Source of the DNA: Octopus bimaculoides
Lineage: Eukaryota
Length of the DNA: 63,848 bases
Direction: 5' to 3'
NCBI RefSeq assembly: GCF_001194135.2
Contig: NC_068984.1
Coordinates: 134,602,696 to 134,666,543 of the forward strand
Shown here in pieces: positions 52,072-63,848 of the stretch (position 1 is its first letter; every line of letters begins with the position of its first letter). The position numbers and the translations under genes are program-made. The notes beneath the pieces were generated by a model. The model worked only from the letters and a program-made list of their open reading frames with translations. It did not search any database and was not told the DNA's origin.

Positions 52072-52117
<46 letters not shown>

Positions 52118-52216
52118 NNNNNNNNNNNNNNNNNNNNNNNNNNNNNNNNNNNNNNNNNNNNNNNNNNNNNNNNNNNNNNNNNNNNNNNNNNNNNNNNNNN
52201 NNNNNNNNNNNNNNNN

Positions 52217-52289
<73 letters not shown>

Positions 52290-52729
52290 GGGTTATATGC
52301 TGGCATGTATAAACAGTCATTAAAAATGCAGCACTTCTGAATATAATGTGTATATTTTTAAATATAATAGCGCGAATTCAAAACCTCGTCGTGTAGTATC
52401 AATGAGTAATTGCTAGTCTTTATATTATAAATGGTATTATTTGTTATATAAAGAATTTTACTACACTTAAGGCAGAGTCTTAAGGTATTTTAGTTATATA
52501 CACATGTAGCAATTGCATAATGTATTAACAACTATAACTGTAACTTGAAAGCGAGTATAAATTAGTAGCATATTTCATATACTATTCGCTAAGTGTCCTT
52601 AGGTAACTATGTGGCCCCAGGCCGACGTAGACACCCTTACACTCTTGCCCCAGTTGAACATTCATGATGTGATAAAAAGATATATAGATAGAATGATAAA
52701 TAGATAGAGAAAGAGGGAGGGAGGAGTGA

Positions 52730-52866
52730 GGTTCCAACGCTCGAGTACTCATTTCAGCTAAGTAAACAGGTAACGTGAAATGAAGGGCTGAACGAACCAC
52801 CCAGTCTAAGAATCAAACTTGCGTCTTTATGGTTGTGAGATTTAACCCTACCTAATAAGGCACATC
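52730..52866 (-). mobile_element. SINE family C fragment
   Basis: TACTCATTTCAGCTAAGTAAACAGGTAACGTGAAATGAAG..AAGAATCAAACTTGCG..TAAGGCAC. Confidence 0.5.
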
Positions 52867-52989
52867 TCTTTAATATAATATACTGGGGGCTCACTTTTAT
52901 CCTCTGAACACTTTCGTATATACTTTCCACATCGCAATATTCTCAAACGTATTATCATGTCTATTTTTGAAATTATGCTATGACGAGAC

Positions 52990-53420
52990 AGTTGACACAT
53001 CGTCAAGCAGCCATCAAACTCTCAGATCAACATTCCAGAATAAACTACAAGCATTTATAACGCTGGGTAGAACATCCATATTGAGTAATGTTTTGAGGTT
53101 GGTATTTGACCTAAAGAATACGTTGAAACCATTGGATGCAGCGTAGTGGATGTGAACTATTTCGACAAATTAATTCATTGAATCAATGATGAATATCTCA
53201 AGGTGCTGAGCGGATCAACAGACCATAAAACATCAACAGTTAGGATCAACAAAATTCAGTTAGCGAACTACTGTAGTCGTGGCCTGCGTTGATGCGACTG
53301 TCGAGACACGACATCCTTCAAAACTTCCATGCTTCCCGAAATCCCTCAACAGTATACCTGATGGCTTTTTTCGTAGTTGTGGTGCACCTGAGCATTGTAT
53401 ACAATCATTTCTTTCATTAT
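52990..53420 (+). mobile_element. CR1-like LINE 3' end
   Basis: CATCCTTCAAAACTTCCATGCTTCCCGAAAT (SFKTSMLPE, cf. the CR1 C-terminal WN.LP..V...SFK motif), then GTTGTGGTGCACCTGAGCATTGTATACAA and an (ATT)n tail. The 3' end matches my recollection of Octopus CR1. Confidence 0.6.
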
Positions 53421-53712
53421 TATTACTTTACGAAAGACCAGTGTGACTAAAACCCAAGCCAGGCGTTCATGCCGCATCTCTCCATCGAGACATCTGGCGT
53501 GAAACAGTTGCTTTGGATCGAGAATGTCGTTCGAATTGATGATGGTGTACTTTATGTGATACAGAAATTGGTTATGTAACGATTGTGAGTTCGACATTTC
53601 TCATTACTAACTATATCAACGACAGGAAAAGACAAATAGGACAGAGAAAACAAAGGAAAGAGCGTGTATGTAACATTGAAGATTAAAAGAGTGTCAATAG
53701 TAGAAATATATA

Positions 53713-53788
<76 letters not shown>

Positions 53789-55369
53789 TGTGTGTGTGTG
53801 TGTGTTTGGTAGAAATTAGTGATTAGATTTTTGGTAAAGATCATTGTTTTACCTAAACTAAATTCACATTGGCTATTCTGCTAACATCAGCTTTTAATTC
53901 GATATTTCAGCTTGAACATATCTCGTAATTAATCACCTTACTTTGCAGCTAGCTATATTTTACATGATTTCTGAGAGCATTCTATTTATCGAACACTAAC
54001 AACACGAGTTCCTTAAGCATAGAAACTTACACAAAAAACAAAAACATTAAACAAAAAGCAAAAACAAAAGACAAAAGACAAATGAACAAATAAAAAAAAG
54101 ACAAAATACACGTTAGTTGTAGAAGTGACTAGAAATACTACTTTATTATAGTGATCTCTTCCTGTTGCATTTTATGAATCTAATGAAGCATTTCATCTCT
54201 ATTCATTTGACTATATATTCGATAATAATAAAAATATGAGAATAAATCCCACTACATCATGCTTCTGATAACCAATGAAAAACAGGTAAGTGTGTTGTAC
54301 TACATCCGCGATTCAAGTAAGTGCACGTACATCCACCTTTATACGGCGAGGATTGATTTCAGAAGACTTTTTTTAAAGATATTTTATAGGCTGAAAGAAA
54401 ACTCGGAATTTGTTCGTTGTTGAAGTCTATTGGTTCGATGTATGAATGACAGACAAGTTGTGGCATGAAACCAATTATAAGGCTGAGACAATCTCGGAAT
54501 TGATTAATTCAAGTATTTATTGTAAGACAGAGACACTGAATAGCAATGAACTGACCCCTATTGATGACTTATAGATCAGAACAGTCAGGTGCTGGACGCC
54601 TAACCAGGCCCTCACATATCTATTGAATAATATACAAAGTGGAAACATATAGAACCAAAGACACGCCAAGGCTCTGGTTTATGTGTAATTAAAATCATCT
54701 CTTCTTAATATTCGTATTCATCTCTAGATACAAGCTGTGTTTGTTCGAAAAGAAACAATATTCGATTTGTTTCAATCTATATATATATTAGACATGTTCA
54801 TTTTATTGATCGAAGGGGATCAAAGGCAAACCATCCACCACGTAACAGGATTTAAACTCAAAGTCGTGACTGATGACGCTTTTAACCTGAATACTCATAT
54901 AGGGGAGATTCTTCTCTCGCGGCCAGATATTTAGTTCTGTTAATAAATAACTCAGAGACGACATTCGCATAAGAAGGTAGCTTCAAATAATTATGTGATC
55001 ACGGAAAAATATCTAAACAGTATTAGTCAATGACGAATACTAGTTTTAGAATTTCAGCAATTAGAGAAACAAATCTAGCAAATATTTCGTTAATATAAAC
55101 ACATCAACGAAATATGGACTTTATCTCGGATACTTGTTATTGCTTGCATATACGCACTTTTACCTGTTTTCGTTTAAAGTTCATGTGGTGGTAAAAAAAT
55201 ATTGCCTTCATATGAAGTGGAACTCTCGAGTTATGTAGGAGAAATTTAGGTTCGCATGATAGATCTGAACTTACTTACAATGTTTGCAATTGCTACCTGT
55301 GTAAAAAAAAACCCTCACACTAATGCGAGTTTAAAAGCGTTTCCTTTTTGAACTTGCTATTTTTGTATT

Positions 55370-55910
55370 GAGAATGATAACAGAGCTGGTGAGGGAGAGG
55401 CAATACCACGTCTTTAAGGGTTTCATAGTTTACACAAAGGGCTTCGACAACATAAGACAAGACATGCTATTTGAAGACCGTTGATCTGCGTAGGAAAGAC
55501 CTGCGAATCTTGCAGAGTCTGTATTGGAACCAATCAGCCTGCATAAAATGGATGGATAATGCTGTGAATATACTAGCCTCAGCAGAGGGATTAAACAAGG
55601 ATGTGCTATGTCATCAGTTCTCTTCAATTACTATAGGGAATTGATGACGAAAGAATTGGAGAAGGAAAATGTCTTAGAGTAGGTGGCAGAAAACTCACAA
55701 ACAAAGATAGGCAGATGACACAGCCTTACTTCCCGAATTGTAAAAAGAACTTCGGGGACTTCTGAATGTAGTGGTCAGAGAAAAGGAGATGACGTTTCTG
55801 TTCATAAACTGTAAGAAAACAAAGTGTACGGTGGTGACAAAGAAGAGAAGGCCAAATGCCTGCTGAAGGTGAATAAAGAAATCATTAAGCAGGTATCATC
55901 CTTCAAACAG
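55370..55910 (+). mobile_element. RTE-clade (BovB-like) reverse transcriptase fragment
   Basis: FIVYTKGFDNIRQDMLFED, DLRILQSLYWNQSACI, RGIKQGCAMSSVLFNYYRELM, ADDTAL, INCKKTKC and KVNKEIIKQVSSFK correspond to RTE RT motifs, with frameshifts between them. Confidence 0.9.
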
Positions 55911-56225
55911 CATTTCATCAGCCTTTATGCTCGGAGTTCAAATTCCACAGGGATCGATAAAATAGGTATCAGTCGAGTCGCTGGGGTTGAAGTAGTCAAC
56001 TTACCCGTCCTCCAAAACTTTTCTACTCTAGGCACAAAGCAACTGGTACTTAATTTATCGACCCCGAAAGGATGAAAAGCAAAAGCGACCTCGGCAGAAT
56101 TTGAACTTAGAACATAAAGACAGACGTACCGCTAGCATTTCACCCGGCGTGCTAACGTTTCTACCAGCTCACCGTCTTCCCACCTCCAAACCTGCTGGCC
56201 TTGTGCCAAAATGTGAAACTAATAT
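55905..56225. mobile_element. SINE family B (+) carrying a nested family B copy (-)
   Basis: The plus copy runs 55905-56012 and resumes at 56180-56222. The minus copy occupies about 56013-56179. The junctions CCCGTCCTCCAAA and CCCACCTCCAAA look like a TSD. Confidence 0.8.
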
Positions 56226-56999
56226 ATGATAGTCAAACTTAATGTAAACATACCAATGTTGGGATGTAAATTCTTCGAGATATTTTCAATGTATATTTTT
56301 GTTTCCAGCGAAATGTTGTGTCTGGACTTACTGAAATGATTAATTTACAGGCTGTGGTTAGTTTATGCATCGCTTTAAATATCTAACTTCGTCTTTCAAA
56401 CCACTCAAGTTCTTACACGTGTTGGTGTTACCTCAAGAATACACTATGCATCTTCAACAGATCAGCGTAAATTATCCTTTGACTCATTGATCAAACACCT
56501 ATAAACACATACAAACGAAAACAGAAGGCAATGGAAGTAAAGAGAAATACGAAAATGGTAAAACACCTTGCCAGAACACGCCGTGGCTAGATTCGTAAAC
56601 AACAGTTATATAGTATAACTTCAAATTCGAAGATATTTTGGTGAAACAAAATTCACAATATTCTAAATGTACCAGTCATTATTTACACGAATATACCTTC
56701 TGGCGGGGTCTATAAAATAAGTACCAGTCAACAGTGGGGTCGAATTAATCGACTGTTTCCTAACCACAAAACTTTGCCTAGTACCAATGTGAGAAATTAT
56801 AATCTACACAATCTATAAGTTAAGTACTGCTCTTATTTATAGGGATAAGGACCTTTGGCAGTATTCTTTGAATGGAAATTTACTACATTAACAAGTTTAC
56901 TCATATTTAAATACCGTTTGCTCTGTTAGCCGGAAGGCAATTTTTCATATGGAACGATGTTATAATAGATTTAATCGTCTCAGCACATTACAGTTTCTT

Positions 57000-57130
57000 T
57001 TCTCGGGCCTGAAGGGATGAGAAGCAAAATCGTCATTGCAGAGAAATTGAATTCAGAAACCAGTGGGATAATACTAAATATATCAGAATATATATTCCAG
57101 CACTCAGCCATTTCTGCAAAGTTTCGATCT
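57000..57130 (-). mobile_element. SINE family B, degraded
   Basis: GAAGGGATGAGAAGCAAAATCG..GAAATTGAATTCAGAA. Confidence 0.5.
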
Positions 57131-57299
57131 GGTTTCATAAATATAACTCAAGAACCAAACGTTAGACATTAAATTCCTGTACGTTTGGTAATAGTTATTT
57201 TCGAAGGAACTACAAAATATGAAAGAAAATGGAACACCCAAATGTTTTGCCAACTGTTATCTATTAAATTAAAATCGCTGACATCGATATTACTGGTGA

Positions 57300-57515
57300 A
57301 GTCGACGAGTGGCAGACTCGCTTTGTACGCCGGACAAAATGCTTTGCGGTATTTCATCCGTCTTTGAGTTTTTTGAGTAAAAATTCCAGCAACGTTAATT
57401 TTGCCTTTCGTTCTTTCGAGATCGATAAAATAAGTATTAGTCAAGAAGGGTTGATGTAATCAATTTCCCCCTCCCCTCAAAAAAGTGTTGGGCTTGTATC
57501 AAAATTTGAAACCGC
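57300..57515 (+). mobile_element. SINE family B
   Basis: CGCCGGACAAAATGCTTTGCGGTATTTC..GATCGATAAAATAAGTA..CAAAATTTGAAACC. Confidence 0.8.
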
Positions 57516-57562
57516 TGACATATCTGGTGCTCATTCTGCACAGCTACATATCAATGACAGTA

Positions 57563-57940
57563 GAGGCGCAATGGCACAGTGGACTCGCGCTCATAAGATC
57601 GCGGTTTCGATTCCCAGACCGGGTGTTGTGAGTGTTTATTGAACGAAAACACCTAAAAGCTCCACGGGGCTCCAGCAGGGGATGGTGGCGAACCCTGCTG
57701 TACTCTTCCACCACAATTTTCTCTCACTCTTTCTTCCTGTTTCTGTTGTGCCTGTATTTCAAAGGGCCAGCCTTGTCACACTCTGTCATGCTGAATATCC
57801 CCGAGAACTACGTTAAGGGTACACGTGTCTGTGGAGTGCTCAGCCTCTTGCACGTTAATTTCACGAGCAGGCTGTTCCGTTGATCGGATCAACTGGAACC
57901 CTCGTCGTCGTAAGCGACGGAGTGGCAACAACAACAACGA
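57563..57940 (+). mobile_element. SINE family C variant: tRNA head, extra module, tail type 2, (CAA)n end
   Basis: GAGGCGCAATGGC..GGTTTCGATTCCCAGACCG, module AAAACACCTAAAAGCTCCACG..., then CAAAGGGCCAGCCTTGTCAC as in 39720-39870. Confidence 0.85.
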
Positions 57941-59060
57941 AGTTCTACAGCACGCGCGAGTATGTGTATGTATGTATGTATGTATGTATGTATGTATCCT
58001 CATTTTTTACAGTAGTGTTTGATTTGCGTCTTCTACATTGTCGAGGGCCGGGTACTATAGAAGCTCACTCGTTGGCTCATGGATCTTGTTACAGTTCTCG
58101 GTGAAAATTATCGGTTGGTGGTTTCAGTGTAGAATACTATTCGTGTCGTCACATCTAGTGACACTGCGGCGTTGGATGGAAATTGCCAATCACGTAGGCT
58201 GCCTAGTTACAAGTATACGTGTATAAAACATTGCCAAATAAAAACAAAACGAAAGAATACCACCACAATGATATCCACAGTCGTACCTTCATTCATTCAC
58301 ATATTAAAAAATATCTTTCAATTTATTTTTTAGGTGTTTGATTATTTAAATTAACGAAGAAAATCATCCAATTTCAAGTTAGTTTGTTGATTCATTTTCA
58401 TAAGTACGAAATAGTTTCTTTTTCTTTATTTTGTCATTATTTTTCTCAAAGGAAGATAATTCAATTGTTTACGTCATAATTGCAAAATAAATGTAATTTT
58501 ACTTAGGTACATCACTAATAAAGTTTAATTTCGAAACGGCGACAAAACTTATTACGGCTGTTTCACTTGGAAATTAAAATAAAGCAATCTAGACGTGTGT
58601 GTCACACACGCACGCATGCACGCACGCAAACACACACACACACACATGTGTATGTATGTATATGAACATTCATAATTTATAAGAGAGAATTCGATTAGGC
58701 ACTTTTTTTCAGTTACTCGTTTAGCAAATAGTTTAGTTGTTCAGTTGAAAAGGTTGTCACCTCTGAATTGGCAATATTTTTTCTTCACATTTTCGCATTC
58801 GAAGGTAAAGAAAAAAAAAACAAAAAAACATCAGCAACACTGCTTTAACCTATGCTACACGATTACAATTAAAGAAAGGAATGGTCGAGGAATGAATACA
58901 CTTTACAACAATAACATAGCACAATATAATCCAAAGACCTAGTTTTCAACGCTTTACACCTTTCAGAATAATTGCTTCTTACTTGATATGGTCAGGAAAC
59001 TTGTTAATTTTTTAGAGGGTAGTAAAAGTAATTATGTTATTAATATGTTTTTCCTAGGCT

Positions 59061-60810
59061 AAAGCAGCGAGCTGGCAGAAACGTCAGCTTGCCAGGCGAA
59101 ATGCTTAGCTGTATTTCGTCTGCCGTTACGTTCTGAGTTCAAATTCCGTCGAGGTCAACTTTGCCTTTCATCCTTTCAGCATCGCTAAATTAAGTACCAG
59201 TTGCGTACTGAGATCGATCTAATCGACTGGTCCCCTCCCTCAAAATTTCGGGCCTTGTGCCTAGAGTAGGAAAAAAAAGTACCAGTGGAACTCTGGGATT
59301 GATGTAATCGATTTAAATCCTCTCCCGGACTTGTTGCCCTTGAGCCAAAATATGAAACCAAAATTTAATGTAACGAAAGCGGTGAGCTAGCAGAAACGTT
59401 AGCACGCCTGGCGAAATGCTTAGCGATATTTTATCTGTCTTTACGTTCTGAGTTCAAATTCCGTCGAGGTTAACTTTGCCTTTCATCCTTTCGGGGTCGT
59501 TAAAATAAGTACCAGTTGAGGATTGAGTTCAATGTAATCAACTGGCCCTCTCCCCGAAAATTTCGGGCCTTGTGTCTGGAGTAGAAAAGAACCATTCGCA
59601 CGTCGAGTAAGGTGTTTAGAGGTATTTCGTCCGTCTTTACGCTCTGAATTTAAATTCCGCCAAGACTGACTTTGCCATTCATCCTTTTGGGGTCGACAAA
59701 ATAAGAAGTTGAGTATTGGAATCGACGTAATCGACTAAGACCCTCCCCTGAAATTGCTAACCTTGTGCCAAAATCTTAAATCAGTTTATTTTCCCTGGGA
59801 GTAGGCGTAGTTCTGTGGTAAAAAAAGCGAACAAAAAAGCCCTCGCTTTTTGACCACATCGTTTCCGGTTCAGTCGTAGTGCACAGCGCCCTGGGGAAGT
59901 TCTTCTACTAGAATCACTACTATCGATCTTCTGGGCCTTGTGAGTCAATTGGGTAGAGGGAAGGCTGTGCTATATGTGTATGTATATCGTGTCTTTTGTC
60001 TTTGCTTGTTAGTTTGACAACTGGTGTTGGTTTGTTTACGTCCTCTTTACTTCGCGTTTCGGCAAGTGAGACTAATGGAATTAGAAAATAATCCTGGGAT
60101 CAATTTGTTCGACTACATTCTCCAAGGCTGCATCCCAGCATGGCCGCAGGTAAAATACTGAAGTGAGTAAAAAGTAATGGGTAAAATGACCAACAGCTTT
60201 TCCTCTGTCTTTACGTTATGACTTCAGATACCACCGAGGTCAACTTCGCTTTTCATCCTTTCGGCAGTCGATAAAATAAGTACCAGTTGATCACTCGATG
60301 TAATCGACTTACTACTTCCTTCGAATTTGCTGGCCTTTGAAATCAATATCCCATTATTATTATTAAAGATAGCGAAGGCAGTGAGCCGGCCGAATCGTTA
60401 GCACGCCGGGCAAAATGCTTAGCGGCATTTCGTCCGTTCTGAGTTCAAATTCCACCGAGGTCGACTTTACCCTTCATTTTTTTCGGGGTTGATAAAATAA
60501 GTACCACTGAAGCACTGTGATCGATACAATCAACATGCTCATCCCTTCCCGAAGTTGCTGGCCTTCTGCTAAAATTTGAAACCATTATTAAAGGCAGCGA
60601 GCTAGCATAATCGTTAGCGCGCCGGAAAAATGCTTAGCGGCATCTCTTCCGGGTTTATGATCTGAGTTCAATTGTCACCGAAATCGACTTTGCCTTTTAT
60701 CCCTTCGGGGCCGATAAAATAAATATCAGTTGAATACTGAAGTCTATGTAATTAACTTGTACCCTCTCCACAATTGCTGGCCTTGTGCCAAAATTTGAAA
60801 CCAATATTTT
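59061..60810 (+). mobile_element. Head-to-tail cluster of six SINE family B copies, one extra tail and one family A copy
   Basis: B copies at about 59061-59278, 59376-59590, 59596-59785, 60180-60350, 60365-60585 and 60590-60810; extra tail at 59279-59365; A copy at 59800-60172. All are on the + strand. Confidence 0.9.
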
Positions 60811-62659
60811 AATACTATTATATTGTAATAGAACTAAATGATTAACTATCAGTCTTTTTTCGTACATCTACCTCGTAATCATTCCAGCTCAGTACTGACG
60901 CTCTAGTCCGCTCACTGGCTATAATTGTATAGATGTGTAGAAGTATTTATAGTTTCTTTCTCAGAAAGTAAATTAATATAATTGTTCGACAGACATCGAA
61001 AAAAAACCCTAGTTAGTAACAATCTTATACGTAGTAACAATTAATAGTGAATATTTTCTTTCTTTTTAGTATGTATTAGATAAGAATGCATTTCAGCAAA
61101 TTATAAGTTCATACGGATATACTAGAATTGTAATTGCCTACAAATTACTTTGGCAAGTCCTCATTACGTGGGAATTCAATTGAGATCCAATTATGGAAAA
61201 TCTCTTCTCCATGGATTAATAAATACACCATTTAAACTACTAAAGACTGTGGATTAGCTAAGTATTTATGTAAAGTAAGTCGGTTATGCAATGTAGTTAT
61301 TCTCTCAAGCTTTTTTCTAATCTCATCCAGTACTCTCTCATTGATTCAGACAATCGTTGTATTCTTAGTTCTGAATCTTTCTGTCTCTCCCCCTCTCTCT
61401 CGCTCTTTTACCCCCTCTCTCGTTCTATATACGTATGTATGCATGCATGCATGTTTGTGTGAGTGTGTATGTTTGTATGAGTGCATGTATGTATGTATAT
61501 ATGTGTGAGTCTGTATGTATGTGTGAGTATGTATGTATGAGTGTATGTATATATTTATCTATCCATGTATTTTTGTGTTCACACTTAAGCATGTACATGC
61601 GCACACAATCATTTATATACATGTGTGTATAAAATATTATATATATCGATATTATATATATATATATTTATGCATATATATATCTACATATATGCATATG
61701 TATATATGTATTTTCCTATGTTTATGTATGCATGTATCTATCTATCTGTGTGTACGTGTATGTAGTTATGTTTAAATAAATACACACATATGAATACAGG
61801 TGCGTGAGTGTATCAAAATTCTGTCTAAAACTTTGACAGCAATTAAAAGTAAGGGAATAGTACATTAGTTACCACAAGTATTTTTTTTTAACCTTTGACA
61901 TTGTACTGTAAACATACAGAAAAAGAATCACACAGCATTGTCCGCTAAGAAGTGGTATTTGAAAGAACAAGGAAATGATTTCGATATAAACTAGAAGATA
62001 AGATACTCGAGCGCTGCAGAATATAAAATCATGATAAAACGGATGCACTTATACACAGACTGAAAAACTTCCATCTTGAAAAACGTTAACAGTTCTGAAA
62101 AGTTTTCACGTGCAAAATCAGATATCTTAGCTAAATTCCTATACTCTCATCGGATTAAACAATCCATCTCTGAATTATCGCGCACGATCTACATTTCAAA
62201 GCCTCTCACATTCTATAATTAAGAAATCACTCTAGTTTGAATCATTTACTGAACTTCTCAAAATCATTTGCAACATTATATTCTTAACAATTTTCTGATA
62301 AACATATAGTCTAATTATAATTTTACCATTAATTATTGCTAGTGAAGGTTTTAAACACCTAACTTCTCAAAGGAAATAATCAAACTCTAACAGTTTTATA
62401 AATCTTCACAGTAGTTTCATTTACAATGTAATACCCGTTGTATTTTTATATACGCATCGAGAATACGGTTATTTTTGCCTGTGACGCATATTTAATTTTT
62501 TTAGTTGTTTATGACAATGTGAAGTAAAGAATTACAATCTATAATGTAATGTCTCACCTAATTCATACGTACATATATATGCATATGTATATCCCTTAGT
62601 GGGTTGTACCCCCAACGCCTAACTCTCTCACGTTATGTATAAATATATACATTTTATAT

Positions 62660-62705
<46 letters not shown>

Positions 62706-63414
62706 NNNNNNNNNNNNNNNNNNNNNNNNNNNNNNNNNNNNNNNNNNNNNNNNNNNNNNNNNNNNNNNNNNNNNNNNNNNNNNNNNNNNNNNNNNNNNNN
62801 NNNNNNNNNNNNNNNNNNNNNNNNNNNNNNNNNNNNNNNNNNNNNNNNNNNNNNNNNNNNNNNNNNNNNNNNNNNNNNNNNNNNNNNNNNNNNNNNNNNN
62901 NNNNNNNNNNNNNNNNNNNNNNNNNNNNNNNNNNNNNNNNNNNNNNNNNNNNNNNNNNNNNNNNNNNNNNNNNNNNNNNNNNNNNNNNNNNNNNNNNNNN
63001 NNNNNNNNNNNNNNNNNNNNNNNNNNNNNNNNNNNNNNNNNNNNNNNNNNNNNNNNNNNNNNNNNNNNNNNNNNNNNNNNNNNNNNNNNNNNNNNNNNNN
63101 NNNNNNNNNNNNNNNNNNNNNNNNNNTATATATATATATATATTTGAACAAACATACGTTGTCATGTAGAGCAGTCGAAAAATTGTCAATGTCTCTGAGC
63201 AGTCGGTAACGAGATAGAATCGGTAAGCTTGAGTCGCTAATTAGCCAAGTTGATGATTCTCTGCTACTAATGTCTGTTTCTATAAGTTGAAGCAACACAT
63301 TTTTTGTAGCCTATGCCATTATCACTCCAGAGGACTGCAGAATGTCTAATTATCTCACAGTTTGCCGCCAGAATCATTGATCAGAAATCGCCATCTTCTA
63401 CTCCCAAACCTACC

Positions 63415-63848
63415 TACCATCCTTCCTTCCTTCCTTACACTTTTCTTTTCTTCCCGTATCGCCGTCGATTTTCCTTTCAGTGATTCGCTTATTCCTCTCT
63501 TCCCGCGTCTTATTCCCTCTATGTCACCGTTGCTGCTTTCCGTCCTGGCTTGAGTTCTTCTATCGTAAATTCCTATTTTTCTTGCTGGAGGAATTTTTTT
63601 CCTCGCCAATTTCTTCCATTTACTCTTCTCCTTCCTTCCTTTTCTTCTTTCTTTCGCCCCTCCTTTCCTTCGTCCGTTCGTTCGTTCGTTCGTTCGTTCG
63701 TTCCTTCAATTCTCCCTTCCTCGTTCCTTCGTTCCTCTCTTCCTCCTTTTTTCCTGCCTTCCTTCTTCCCTTCTTCCCTTCCTTCCTTCCTTCCTTCCTT
63801 CCTTCCTTCCTTCCTTCCTTCCTTTCTCTCTTCCTCCCTTCCTTTCTC
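63415..63848. repeat. Polypyrimidine (TTCC)n/(TTCG)n low-complexity tract
   Basis: Direct reading. Confidence 0.9.

Noticed and set aside
53460-53580. Short frame MPHLSIETSGVKQLLWIENVVRIDDGVLYVIQKLVM
   Set aside because: It resembles the CR1 pre-RT segment (GV.KLL..L...GPDG) and abuts a CR1 3' end, so it is most likely LINE debris.
54240-54295. Strong donor AAACAG|GTAAGT at about 54285
   Set aside because: There is no acceptor and only a very short open frame upstream, so it cannot be tied to a gene.
61245-61280. KDCGLAKYLCK before AAA|GTAAGT, resembling the kinase motif DFGLAK
   Set aside because: There is an in-frame stop four codons upstream, no adequate acceptor and no other kinase exon in the window.

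Overview
AT-rich eukaryotic genomic DNA from a fragmented short-read assembly: 14 N-gaps, most of them abutting (TA)n tracts. The repeat families match my recollection of coleoid cephalopod, most likely Octopus, repeats; I cannot verify that without a search. I cannot support any intact host protein-coding gene, RNA gene or CRISPR array. Nearly all supplied ORFs are microsatellite or gap artefacts, or antisense frames of decayed transposons. The window is intronic or intergenic. It holds about 30 tRNA-derived SINE copies in three families, decayed LINE fragments (RTE, L1/Tx1-like, R4/Dong-like, CR1-like, I/Jockey-group), a mariner 3' end, a hAT MITE, a gag remnant and many microsatellites. Most notable observations: (1) a 708-bp fold-back with ~300-bp arms that retain a reading frame; (2) a chimera of two distant 28S rRNA segments joined at the R2 target site; (3) retroelements that appear to target microsatellites (R4/Dong pieces in (TAA)n, a (GAT)n-tailed family clustered and folded back on itself); (4) a ~77-bp hairpin-bearing tandem array inside an element bounded by inverted repeats; (5) a modular SINE with one head and three tails. 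A few isolated candidate exons are listed at low confidence. All alignments were done by eye, and identities are estimates.
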